Part shown: piece after piece, positions 18,713 to 28,701 of the stretch
How the letters are laid out: each line of letters starts with the position of its first letter
How positions within the stretch are numbered: position 1 is the first letter of the stretch
Virus record (IMG/VR): IMGVR_UViG_3300005859_000002
Coordinates: 1-40,729 of that record
DNA: 40,729 nucleotides
Strand: one strand, 5' to 3'
The notes under the pieces: model-generated
Told to the model about the DNA's origin: nothing
Databases searched by the model: none
What the model saw: the letters and a program-made list of their open reading frames with translations, nothing else
Position numbers and translations under genes: made by a program

Positions 18713-18789
18713 GAATATTATAAATTCTGAAAAGAAAAACTCACTAGATTCATTATGTATATATATGTCATATATTGATCTCGTAATAT

Positions 18790-19248
18790 ATGAAAATGGA
18801 ATTTAGAGTAGATGAAGCAACAGATCACAATATGATAAAATTTGTTAGGACATTAATTGATTATTATCATCAACAAGGGATGCCGAACGGCGGTGGAGCA
18901 GGAAAGAACAGTAGATATTTTATGTATATTGCTAAAGAAGATATACAAAATTTCATAGTTGCAGTAGCTTGGATTCATGACAATACACCTTTTCGCTACA
19001 TAGCCAGTCAATATAAAATTCCAGCTGATAGATCATATTTTATTAGGAGAATTACAAAAACTGCACCTGGAGATTACGACATTAATTTTTTGATTGATTT
19101 AGGTAAAAAGTTAAAAAATGAAGATTCTGAAGTAATTTGGACTTTAGGAATTCCAGGTAGTCAAAATACAATTTTCAAAAAAGCAGGTTTTGAACAGGTT
19201 GGCGTGACAAATAGGTCAGGTCATCCAGTTTTTGTTAAAAAATTATGA
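18790..19248 (+). CDS. GNAT-like protein (SIRV ORF154-like)
   Basis: YFIRRITK, FKKAGFEQVG; synteny. Confidence 0.7.
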   Translation: MKMEFRVDEATDHNMIKFVRTLIDYYHQQGMPNGGGAGKNSRYFMYIAKEDIQNFIVAVAWIHDNTPFRYIASQYKIPADRSYFIRRITKTAPGDYDINFLIDLGKKLKNEDSEVIWTLGIPGSQNTIFKKAGFEQVGVTNRSGHPVFVKKL

Positions 19249-19560
19249 TTTATCTTTAAAAACTTTATTTGCTAAATATGAAGCTTCGATAAGCGAAACA
19301 AAAATTTCGAGTTCTGATTCATTATTTATTAAAATTCCAAAAACATACCCGAAGAAAATAATTAATGAGTCAATACCTATTTTTTCATTTTTAATCTTAC
19401 CGTCATAACTTTCCAAAATATCATAAAAAGAGTATTCCAAATAGCTAACTTGTTTTTTTATTCTCTTTTCATCTTTTTTACTTATTTTGAAAGTTTGTTT
19501 ATAAACTTCTATCAAATTTTCAAGTGCTTTATCCATGTTAATCAACTTAAGAACATACAA
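19243..19560 (-). CDS. Hypothetical helical protein, paralogue of 21714-22004
   Basis: KIS...I.K.V.YL...L.SY-DGKI shared with 21714-22004. Confidence 0.7.
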   Translation of the reverse strand: MYVLKLINMDKALENLIEVYKQTFKISKKDEKRIKKQVSYLEYSFYDILESYDGKIKNEKIGIDSLIIFFGYVFGILINNESELEIFVSLIEASYLANKVFKDKS

Positions 19561-19587
19561 TATGACATATATAAATTAAAAAGTTTT

Positions 19588-21120
19588 CTATTTTTCTAAA
19601 ATAATAAGATTAATTATTCTGTTTTTGGATCTTCCAAATTTTCCAGGAGATTCGCCTACTATATTGTACCTATTTATAACATTAAGTTCTGACTTTTCTA
19701 TAATTTCATCGAGTTTATTCAATTTATTTTTCATATTAATCATCAGCACAATTCTTCCGTTATCTTTTAACGCTTCCTTACTCCTTATCAGAATCTTAAG
19801 GATTTTTTCGAAATAGTCAATATTTCCTATCTCTTTATTTAGAGATTCTTCTAATTGCAATCTTTCAAACTGATTAGCTACTACAACATGGGGAAAGCTT
19901 ATAGAAGCGTAACTTGGAGCAAGACCGTAGTAAGGAGGATCTATGACTATTAGATCGCTTTTTGGATAAATAACTGTTAAAGCATCGCCTTGAATAGCGT
20001 TTATTTCTCCTCTGAAATTGAATTTCTTTACAAGTTGCTGATTTTTAATACTAGAAAATATTGAGCTTCTAGCATGTAAAGATAATGGATTTGTTTCTAC
20101 AGTATATTTAGGTATCCAAAATGATTTTAATCCCCCTGCAAAAGGTATCGGTTCATTTTGTGAAGGATACCATCTTGACAATATAGAACATGTCTTTACT
20201 GAATCGCTAACGCTTAGCATTAAAAGTAGTCTTTCATTTTCTTCAAGATTTTTTGATTTTTCAGCAATTTTTTGAAAAGTGAGCAATTGTGCTTTAGTAA
20301 ATAATTGTTCAGGATTAGTAATTCCGGACCGTAACAGTCTTTTTCCTTCTTTCAATTCGTCTATATTAACATCAATTACAATATTATGATTCTCGTCTAA
20401 CAACTTAGTTCTTTCAATTAACCAATCTCTATCGAAGACAAACTTCTTTTTAACAATAAATCCAAAAACTTTCCAATTCGAATACATAACGAAATTCCGT
20501 GGTTCGTAATACGGTCCTATGGTAATTTTTATATTGTAATTGCAGTATGGACAATTAGTTTCATCAGTACTTTGTGTTTTAAACGTTTTTGCACAATTAG
20601 GACAAAGAATTACTTTTTCCTTTTTTTCAGTCATGATCCATGATGGTACTTTTCCCCTTGTAATAAGGAAATAAGAAACGTCTTGTCCTTTATAGGTCCA
20701 TACTGCAGACAGCTCATTTTTTACTTCTTCAATTATAGAAGTAATTTGATTGAAATTAACATTACCACGTAATACGGAATATCCTCGAATTATCTTTACT
20801 GCTAATGGATTAATATCTATACCGTAGGAAGTAAAATTATATAGTGAAGCTTCAACAATTCCTGTACCACCACCAGCTAAAGGTTCTAGGTATACTAGTC
20901 CATTTGCATCTAATATCTCTGGTTTTTCGATAGCTTCAAAAAATCTGCTTTCACCATTTAATAAAAACGATGAAAAAATACTTCTATATAAATAAATAAA
21001 ACGTTTGGACCACCATCTATGTAAACTTACTTCTCGTTTCCTTCCACCTTTTTCCTTCTCTAATATCAACTTCTCTATCTTAGGAATGTAATGCTCCAAA
21101 TTATCTAATAATCTTTCCAA
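19588..21120 (-). CDS. Amino-DNA (m6A/m4C) methyltransferase with Zn ribbon, DUF1156/COG1743-like
   Basis: LHRWWSKR, motif I EPLAGGGTG, GIDINP, CPNC/CPYC, motif IV IDPPYY. Confidence 0.88.
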   Translation of the reverse strand: MERLLDNLEHYIPKIEKLILEKEKGGRKREVSLHRWWSKRFIYLYRSIFSSFLLNGESRFFEAIEKPEILDANGLVYLEPLAGGGTGIVEASLYNFTSYGIDINPLAVKIIRGYSVLRGNVNFNQITSIIEEVKNELSAVWTYKGQDVSYFLITRGKVPSWIMTEKKEKVILCPNCAKTFKTQSTDETNCPYCNYNIKITIGPYYEPRNFVMYSNWKVFGFIVKKKFVFDRDWLIERTKLLDENHNIVIDVNIDELKEGKRLLRSGITNPEQLFTKAQLLTFQKIAEKSKNLEENERLLLMLSVSDSVKTCSILSRWYPSQNEPIPFAGGLKSFWIPKYTVETNPLSLHARSSIFSSIKNQQLVKKFNFRGEINAIQGDALTVIYPKSDLIVIDPPYYGLAPSYASISFPHVVVANQFERLQLEESLNKEIGNIDYFEKILKILIRSKEALKDNGRIVLMINMKNKLNKLDEIIEKSELNVINRYNIVGESPGKFGRSKNRIINLIILEK

Positions 21121-21204
21121 GACAGTACACCGTCTTTTCTATTCGAGAAGTCATAAAATGACATATATATATTTATATGTGTCATAATTTTTAAGTTAAA
21201 ACTG

Positions 21205-21570
21205 ATGAATTTTCGAGAATCTGGACGATATTATGAGTATAAGACAATTAATTATCTTCAGAAAAATGGTTACAATGCTGTAAGAATTCCAGTTTCAGGA
21301 ACTGGAAAGCAAGCAATTCCAGATATTATAGCTACTAAGGACAATACAATATTTCCAATTGAAGTTAAATCAACTTCACAAAATCATGTTACAGTAGATA
21401 ATTTCCAAATTGAAAAATTGTTTAAGTTTTGTGAGATGTTTAATTTTTGTAATTGTCAGCCGTTAGTTTTAGTTCATTATAAAAAATATAAAAGCGTCAT
21501 AATATATAATTTAGGGCAAGATGTCAGAAGTAAAAAAGAAATCAAATTTAACTTCAGAAGTAACAGCTAA
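21205..21570 (+). CDS. hjc: Holliday junction resolvase
   Basis: GRYYE, RIPVSG, PDIIA, IEVKS. Confidence 0.96.
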   Translation: MNFRESGRYYEYKTINYLQKNGYNAVRIPVSGTGKQAIPDIIATKDNTIFPIEVKSTSQNHVTVDNFQIEKLFKFCEMFNFCNCQPLVLVHYKKYKSVIIYNLGQDVRSKKEIKFNFRSNS

Positions 21571-21730
21571 ACTGTATTTAGCTTTAGATGATTTGACAAT
21601 GGCACTTGCTACCTGTGATGAAGAAAATATTAGGAAATCTGAAGTTTTTAAGAAAGCGTTAGAAGTTGTTAAAGTTGTAAAAGAAATGCGAAAAATACAA
21701 GTTAAGTCTGAAGATGAACAAAATGGGTAA
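21521..21730 (+). CDS. Conserved rudiviral protein (ORF69-like)
   Basis: Overlaps the hjc 3' end as in SIRV; LYLALDDLTMALA. Confidence 0.7.
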   Translation: MSEVKKKSNLTSEVTAKLYLALDDLTMALATCDEENIRKSEVFKKALEVVKVVKEMRKIQVKSEDEQNG

Positions 21731-22004
21731 ATTTAAAGACGGGTTAAAAGCATATCTAAGTCTGATAAAATTACAGTATAAAATCAGTAATGAAAGAATG
21801 AAAGAGATACAAAAAGAAGTAGAATATTTAGATGAAGAAATAAGAAAAACATTAAATAGTTATCCAGATGGAAAAATAGAAATGTTTTCATTTATTATTT
21901 ATATAGCTTACTTGATGAGTGCAGTTATAGACAATGATGGACTTCTTGAAAGCTTCATAAAAATATTGAAAGAATTATATAATAATAAAAAAGAAACATC
22001 TTAA
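21714..22004 (+). CDS. Hypothetical helical protein, paralogue of 19243-19560
   Basis: 96 aa; visible similarity to 19243-19560. Confidence 0.7.
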   Translation: MNKMGKFKDGLKAYLSLIKLQYKISNERMKEIQKEVEYLDEEIRKTLNSYPDGKIEMFSFIIYIAYLMSAVIDNDGLLESFIKILKELYNNKKETS

Positions 22005-22348
22005 AAAGCAAATATTAAATTCCATTTTTTTTCAACTTAAAAAGATAACGAGTTTGATACAGCCTTTTTACGCTAAAATCTTTTTCTTTATAAACGTATT
22101 TACGTCGTTATTCTGCGTAATTCTACATTAACAAAAACAAAAATTACGTTAGATAAAGGTTTAAAAATATTTCTAGTAAAATGACGTTTCTAGTTTATAT
22201 ACTCATAATAACAATTTCTTATAAATACAAAGAAAAAAAGCAGTAAACGTTTAATTGAAACAACTTTTACTCTTGTATTTTTCTGCATAAAGTAATTTTT
22301 ACTTTTATGACAATACTTATAATTTAATAAGATAAACATAATAATAAT

Positions 22349-25300
22349 ATGAGCTTCCTTTTAAACTTAGGAGATTTAGGAACATTCTTCAGCGATGAAC
22401 TCTCAGCATTAGAAAATTTTGTAAATTTCTTAAGCTCTGATATTATTAACTTTTTTAATACTGTAGTTGATGACGTTGAAAATACTGTAAGTTTCATTGG
22501 TCAAGCAATTAGTGATATTCCAACTTTCATGCAAAATATTGCTAATAATTTCTTAACTATCTTGCAAAATTTTGTTCAAACAGCATCCTCTGCAATTTCT
22601 GGATTTGTATCATGGTTTTCAAAACAAGTCCAGGGCTTTTTCGGAGATTTAGCAAATTTAGCTTCTGGATTTTTAAATGATGCATATGGATTTTTTACAA
22701 ATGTAGCTAATGCATTTGCATCAATTGTAAGTTCTGTCGTTAGAGATTTAATAAATGGATTTGGGCAAAATATGAAACATATAGCTTCAGCTGTAGGGCA
22801 ACTAACACAATTTTTAACTCCGTTTATTGCACCAATTACAGTTGCTAAATTTCTTCCAGCGATAACTGATAAATTAGCAGATATTCTTCCAGAAGTTGAA
22901 ATTTCTTTATCGCCTATCGGATTAGGTGGAAAAGTCCCAATAAAATTTGGAGAAATAGTAAAAGCATTCGCTGAAACAACTACGGATTTCTTCGATGAAG
23001 TTAGGAACGAAGTCCAATCTACTCTTAAGGAATTTATTAAGGAGCCGTTTGTAAGTGATTTTAAGATATCAGCAAGAGAAATTTTCAATGAAGTTGGACT
23101 TGGAGATTTACCATTTGCAGATCCACCTTTTGCACAAATTGCAAATTGGGTAGGTGCAAGGTCTTATAACGAAATTAAAGATCATCTCAAGGAAACAATA
23201 TATCTAACAGGATATGCCCAATGGTTCACAGATGCATATTTATCTCCTCCAGTTGATGATTTTGTACCTAGAAATCCATTATTTAAACCCGTGAATATAA
23301 AAGATGTAATTTTAGCATCTCAATATGGAATTTTAGATTCTAAAACAGTTTCACAATATGCTGAAAATAATTTGATAACTCCAAAAACTGCTAATTTGAT
23401 GTATAATAACCAAACTGCGAGATTATTACAAAGGGCTGTGGAACAAGGAATTAGACAATTTGTAGTAACTCCTGAAAAAGCATATGAAGAAATTATAAAA
23501 AATGTAAATCTATCTGGAAAAGATTTATTTGAAAAAGTATTTTCACTCGAATATAATTATGCAGTTCAGAGAATAGTGAGACAATTCCTAAGATCACTTT
23601 TATCTAGGGCTTTATCAAATTTTGGAAGACCTTATGTCGATTTAAAGTATTTAGAAACAACAGTTGAAAAATTATTTAAAGAGCTTAATTATCCTAAAGA
23701 AGTTGAAAATGTCTTTAATATTATGATTCAAGAATCTCAACTTGTTTACAGTAATCAATTATTATTAAGACAACTACAAGAAATTACAAAATTAGGAATA
23801 TTCGACGAAAAGAAAATAAAAGGTGAATTGAAAGCTAATAACTTTAATGAAATAGTAGCTTTACAAATTTTAAACTATCAATTAGAGTATGTAAGATTGC
23901 AGTATATCCTTAAAGAGTTTCAATTTAAATTACAAAATTACATTATTAGCTCAAGAGATGCAGAACATCAGTTAAAAACAATAGGATTTGATCCATCGAT
24001 AATTTCTGAAATAATTTTTGAATATCAAACTGCTCCATTAACTAAATATCAAATTTCGCAAATTGAAAGTTTAGCTAAAAAAGGATATATTTCAAGTGAT
24101 GAGATCAAAAAGCAATTACATTCGCTAGGAGTTATAAAAGAATTTGAAGATATTTTTATAAATTATACAAATCAAGAATTTCAATTATCTTCAACTATTT
24201 CGCTTTTAAAAGAACAATTGAAAAACTTCTTGATAGATCCTAAAACTGTTGATGTTGAACTAAAGAAATTGAAAATTAATGAAATCCTAGCTAATCAAAT
24301 AATACAAGAAAATTATGATATAAACATCTCGAAATTACATTTATCATATTTAGAAACTTTAGCTAAAGATTTATACTACGATCAAGCTCAATTATCAGGA
24401 GAATTATCTAAAATATTGAAAGATAAAACTGCAATTGACTTATATTCTCATAAGTTCTATTATGATTATATATTTCCAAAAATTGTAGATTATCATGTTT
24501 CATTAGCTAAACATGGAATAAGTTCAGATATTTCCAAATTGCCGAAAGAAATTGTAGATTACGAAATAAAGCCTGCATTATTAGAATATCAAGTAAATCT
24601 AGAAATTGAATATATTAAGTCATTAATAAAAGATTTACAAATTAAACCAGATATTGCAATTCAAGAACTTAGTAAATTAGGAATACAAAAAGATTTAGCT
24701 AGTTTAATTGTACAAACTTATATTCCTACAATTTACAATATTCATACTATAATTGGAAATATTGTAAATGGACAACTTTACAAGGTTGGAAAAGTTCCCA
24801 TTAATTTAGGAAATGCGGAATCAGAATTAAAAAAATTAGGAATTCCAGATAATCAGATAAAGATATTGTTAGATCAATATGCTTCCAGTTTCGGTTTAGA
24901 AATTTGGAAGAGATATTTACCTTCATTGAATGAAATTGAAAAAGCGTTTAAATATAATTATAAAATTAACAAACTTATAGATTTGTCTTATATCCCTAGC
25001 GAATTCATAAATCTGTATTTAGATGTCTATCAACATGAATTAATTGGAGTTTATGTTCACACGCTGAAAAACGAGTATGTGGAGAGTTTGATTTATGGAA
25101 TTCAAAATCCACAGTTAGAGAATTTAATGAAGCAATATGGAATAAATGAAGTGTTTTTAGGAGTTTTAAAATTATCAGCACAAATTAAGAAAATATTAAC
25201 TGCTTATCAGGAGCTTTATCTAACTCCTTCAAAAGCAATTTCAATAAGTGAATACATTAGTAATCCTAATCAATTACTGCAAAAAGTATTTTCAGAATTC

Positions 25301-25525
25301 CAAGTTCCTAGCGATCTTCAAAATACATATCTTGAATATGCGAGAAATAGAAGAGTAAAAACTTATGTAAATGATATAATTACAACGATCAATTTATTAT
25401 TTGAAAAACATAAAATAGATCAGAACACTGCACAATCATATCTGCAACAACTAAAGAAATATGGATTAACAGATGAAGAAATTCAATTGATATTATTAAA
25501 CTGGCAATTGAGGGCTAACTACTAA
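22349..25525 (+). CDS. Large virion/terminal fibre protein (SIRV2 ORF1070-like)
   Basis: 1058 aa; N-terminal amphipathic repeats and repeated 'LKKLGI'-type helical units; synteny. Confidence 0.9.
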   Translation: MSFLLNLGDLGTFFSDELSALENFVNFLSSDIINFFNTVVDDVENTVSFIGQAISDIPTFMQNIANNFLTILQNFVQTASSAISGFVSWFSKQVQGFFGDLANLASGFLNDAYGFFTNVANAFASIVSSVVRDLINGFGQNMKHIASAVGQLTQFLTPFIAPITVAKFLPAITDKLADILPEVEISLSPIGLGGKVPIKFGEIVKAFAETTTDFFDEVRNEVQSTLKEFIKEPFVSDFKISAREIFNEVGLGDLPFADPPFAQIANWVGARSYNEIKDHLKETIYLTGYAQWFTDAYLSPPVDDFVPRNPLFKPVNIKDVILASQYGILDSKTVSQYAENNLITPKTANLMYNNQTARLLQRAVEQGIRQFVVTPEKAYEEIIKNVNLSGKDLFEKVFSLEYNYAVQRIVRQFLRSLLSRALSNFGRPYVDLKYLETTVEKLFKELNYPKEVENVFNIMIQESQLVYSNQLLLRQLQEITKLGIFDEKKIKGELKANNFNEIVALQILNYQLEYVRLQYILKEFQFKLQNYIISSRDAEHQLKTIGFDPSIISEIIFEYQTAPLTKYQISQIESLAKKGYISSDEIKKQLHSLGVIKEFEDIFINYTNQEFQLSSTISLLKEQLKNFLIDPKTVDVELKKLKINEILANQIIQENYDINISKLHLSYLETLAKDLYYDQAQLSGELSKILKDKTAIDLYSHKFYYDYIFPKIVDYHVSLAKHGISSDISKLPKEIVDYEIKPALLEYQVNLEIEYIKSLIKDLQIKPDIAIQELSKLGIQKDLASLIVQTYIPTIYNIHTIIGNIVNGQLYKVGKVPINLGNAESELKKLGIPDNQIKILLDQYASSFGLEIWKRYLPSLNEIEKAFKYNYKINKLIDLSYIPSEFINLYLDVYQHELIGVYVHTLKNEYVESLIYGIQNPQLENLMKQYGINEVFLGVLKLSAQIKKILTAYQELYLTPSKAISISEYISNPNQLLQKVFSEFQVPSDLQNTYLEYARNRRVKTYVNDIITTINLLFEKHKIDQNTAQSYLQQLKKYGLTDEEIQLILLNWQLRANY

Positions 25526-25556
25526 ATAAATTTGTCATATTTACTAGTTTCTACTC

Positions 25557-26372
25557 ATGAGCGTTAATTTATGTAAATATGAGGCACAGAATATTAGTTA
25601 CATTGATTTAGAAAAATTAGGAGAAAATGCTTATTATGAGATTAAATATGATGGAACTCATATTTGCTTGAAATATGAAGCAGACCTGAAAATTAATACT
25701 AGAAATGACATACCTCACGACAAAGGATATCAAAATTTATTTTATCAGGTTCCAGGAATTGAACAAGTTATAAATTACATAAAAGAAAATGATCAATATA
25801 TTTTACACGGAGAACTTGTTCATAAAAAAACATCTGGAATGCAAATACATGCAAATGAAATACCTCAATTTATCTTATATGATATATTCGATAAAGAAAA
25901 TAACAAATATATAGAGCCGTTAAATTTCGATAATGAAATTTTCTTTTGGCAACCGATAATTTATTTGGAAACTGATTATATTCTGCAAAATATTTTGAAA
26001 GAAAGATTAGAGGGAATTGTTGCTAAAAGCTATAATCAAAATATTGAAATTTGTAAAGAGGGAATAAATTTTAACTTATGTGTTTTTAAATACAAACCTT
26101 TTTATGCGACTCTAGGAGTTATATTCAAGCCAGTTAGGAAAGAAATCGATACTAAAAAATTATCATTTTTATTAGGAGAAATTGATAACGATCTAAAATA
26201 TAATAAAAATAATTGGAAAGAAAATCATCCAGAACTTTATGAATTCTTTATTAAAAATAAAGATAAGATAATAAAAATACTTCAAAATCAAAATATTATA
26301 TCGCAAATAGAGAAAGATACACATCTAGATATTAAAAAAATTAAAGAACATATAGAAAATTTCGCAAGATAA
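25557..26372 (+). CDS. ATP-dependent polynucleotide ligase, probably an RNA ligase
   Basis: Motifs I EIKYDGT, III LHGELV, IIIa FILYDI, IV EGIVAK, V FKYK; helical C-terminus with no evident OB domain. Confidence 0.82.
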   Translation: MSVNLCKYEAQNISYIDLEKLGENAYYEIKYDGTHICLKYEADLKINTRNDIPHDKGYQNLFYQVPGIEQVINYIKENDQYILHGELVHKKTSGMQIHANEIPQFILYDIFDKENNKYIEPLNFDNEIFFWQPIIYLETDYILQNILKERLEGIVAKSYNQNIEICKEGINFNLCVFKYKPFYATLGVIFKPVRKEIDTKKLSFLLGEIDNDLKYNKNNWKENHPELYEFFIKNKDKIIKILQNQNIISQIEKDTHLDIKKIKEHIENFAR

Positions 26373-26398
26373 GTATAATCAAAAATGGCGATTAAAAC

Positions 26399-26722
26399 AT
26401 GAAGATTGTAATAATGGATTTTAAATTAGAGGACTACGTATGTAGCCCCATCCTGGACGGAAGGACAATGGAACCCTTAAATGAAGAACAATTCAAAGAA
26501 TACCTTTCGGCAATGGACACGAATTGGCTCCCAAACGAAAATATAGAAATATATTTTGTAGATGTGGAAGACAAAACTTGGAATAAATTCAAAACAAAAA
26601 ATTCAAAAAGACTCGAATTAACATTAGACCAATTAAACGAATTATTACAAAAATCATCATCCTTATACCTGATAAAGGAAAGTCGTGTAGAAACTTGTAG
26701 ACGTTATTCAAAAAACGATTAG
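26399..26722 (+). CDS. Hypothetical protein
   Basis: 107 aa; GGCGA RBS; follows the ligase gene. Confidence 0.7.
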   Translation: MKIVIMDFKLEDYVCSPILDGRTMEPLNEEQFKEYLSAMDTNWLPNENIEIYFVDVEDKTWNKFKTKNSKRLELTLDQLNELLQKSSSLYLIKESRVETCRRYSKND

Positions 26723-26801
26723 AGAATTAGAACACATGATATACATTATATAATATATGAGAATTGTACATTTATTTTTGTCATCTTACTAATTCTTTCA
26801 T

Positions 26802-28574
26802 ATGAGCTTACCGTATAAAACACGTTTCAAGCTTCCGTTAGAATTCCTAACTTTGCAAGATTGGAATAATTTTGTAAATAACTTACTATTTCTGAATAAA
26901 TATGGATCTGCTAAATTATTAAATTACTATCAAGATGGAAACTTTCAAAATCTAAATGAAGTCTTTTCAAAATATTTAAACGTATCACAATTAATAATAA
27001 ATGGATATGAAGCGTTATATAATCTCAAGGCTGTAGAAGCTTATACGTTTGGTCAAGGAGACATTCAGCCTTTTCAAGACATGTCAAATAGACCAACTGT
27101 AAATTTTCCTTATGAAGTACCTTTTCAATTTATACAATTTTATCCAATGTCTAAATTACCTAATTATAAACTTCCAGCTTTCCAAGTTGAGAAACTAAAA
27201 GTTCAATTAGCTCAAGTTAGTAAACAATTACAACTATTAATCCCGAAATTAACAAGTAAAATTGTAACTCCTACACAAATTGCAGGAACTCAATTTCAAT
27301 TTTCTGGAACTGCAAATTTGGAACAAATAACTTCACAATATTTAGAACCTGCATATTTAGAAACTTGGAGAGAAATTACAATTCAAAATTTAGGCAATTC
27401 TCCAGTTCAAATAAACAATTCTATCTATTTAATGCCTAAAAATTGCTTGAAATTAACTGCAAGTTCACCAAGTGAAATTGAACTAACTGCACAAAATCCA
27501 ACACTTTTATCTGAAGAAATTGAATTTACTGGAACTCCTATTACTACTTATATAATTACAATAACAAATTCTCAAGCTGATCCGACTCCAAGTCAATTTC
27601 AACAATTACTAAATTTGAATTTATCATCATTACTATCAAGCTCTAGCCAATTATTGAATTTACAATTCTGCTTAGATGCACAATGTAATACACCATTATA
27701 TGCTTGGATATCTCAATATAATTCTAATTTATCAACTGTTTATATTTGGATAAAATTACCAACTTCGGTTCCAGCTAATGGATCATTAACTATCTATATG
27801 TTTTTAAGAAATTCAAATCAATATCCTTATACTGGAATAAATGCATATTATAATACAGCTTATGATAACGGAAATTACGTTTTTGACGCTTATATAAACG
27901 CAATGGGTACATCATATTTGCCTAGTAATTTACAAATATCTTCAAACTTATATTCGTCAATTCAATTTACTCCACAAAGTGGTTCAACTCCTGGATATAT
28001 CCTAATGTTAGATAATCAAGGTGGATCATATAATATAATTTATCTAGATTCTACAAATGCTAATAATATAAATGAAATATTTGAAAGTGTAGAATATTAC
28101 AACGGAAGTGCTGATCAACAAGCTATAGAATTCCTCGGAAATACTAGTAGTTTCTGTGCAGGTTCAAACGGAGATTCGGTATTCATGAGTAACGGTTACG
28201 CAGTTTCATGGGACCCATACAACGGTGACGGTTATATTTGGTCTGGTTGTAATCAAGAAGTTTCTTCGTCGGAAAGCGTTTTCACTTCTTCTGGTTATAA
28301 TTTCTATCAAGCAATAGTTACAGAATCCGAAATTGAATATTATGGTCAAACTATCAATTCTCCAATTGTAGATCTACCACAATTAAATTTACAAGAAGTT
28401 ACAATTTGGAATTCTTCAATTACTCCAAACGGTTCAGCTTTCGTAATAATGGATTGCTCAGGCGGTGCAACCCATATTGGATATTTCTATTGGGCTAGAG
28501 CAAGAAAATTACCTCCTAACAACGTTATGCCTTCAAATTCTCAACCGCAAAAAACAATAATTCTAGTATCATAA
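26802..28574 (+). CDS. Minor virion protein (SIRV2 ORF564-like) with DUF2341-like domain
   Basis: ITITNSQ..PTPSQFQQLL, LYAWI, VYIWIKLP, WARAR..PPNNVMPS. Confidence 0.85.
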   Translation: MSLPYKTRFKLPLEFLTLQDWNNFVNNLLFLNKYGSAKLLNYYQDGNFQNLNEVFSKYLNVSQLIINGYEALYNLKAVEAYTFGQGDIQPFQDMSNRPTVNFPYEVPFQFIQFYPMSKLPNYKLPAFQVEKLKVQLAQVSKQLQLLIPKLTSKIVTPTQIAGTQFQFSGTANLEQITSQYLEPAYLETWREITIQNLGNSPVQINNSIYLMPKNCLKLTASSPSEIELTAQNPTLLSEEIEFTGTPITTYIITITNSQADPTPSQFQQLLNLNLSSLLSSSSQLLNLQFCLDAQCNTPLYAWISQYNSNLSTVYIWIKLPTSVPANGSLTIYMFLRNSNQYPYTGINAYYNTAYDNGNYVFDAYINAMGTSYLPSNLQISSNLYSSIQFTPQSGSTPGYILMLDNQGGSYNIIYLDSTNANNINEIFESVEYYNGSADQQAIEFLGNTSSFCAGSNGDSVFMSNGYAVSWDPYNGDGYIWSGCNQEVSSSESVFTSSGYNFYQAIVTESEIEYYGQTINSPIVDLPQLNLQEVTIWNSSITPNGSAFVIMDCSGGATHIGYFYWARARKLPPNNVMPSNSQPQKTIILVS

Positions 28575-28701
28575 TTCATCTAGTAAGATATAATATTTCT
28601 AGCAAAGTTACAAATTAGTACATTTTTTAAGTTGATAATACAAAAATTATGAAAAAAGCTTTAAACTATTTATTTGGAAATAAGCACATAATGAGCTAAA
28701 A

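Noticed and set aside
17086-23088. ORFs 17086-17325, 19625-19816, 22576-23088
   Set aside because: Antisense shadows of real genes; no expression signals.
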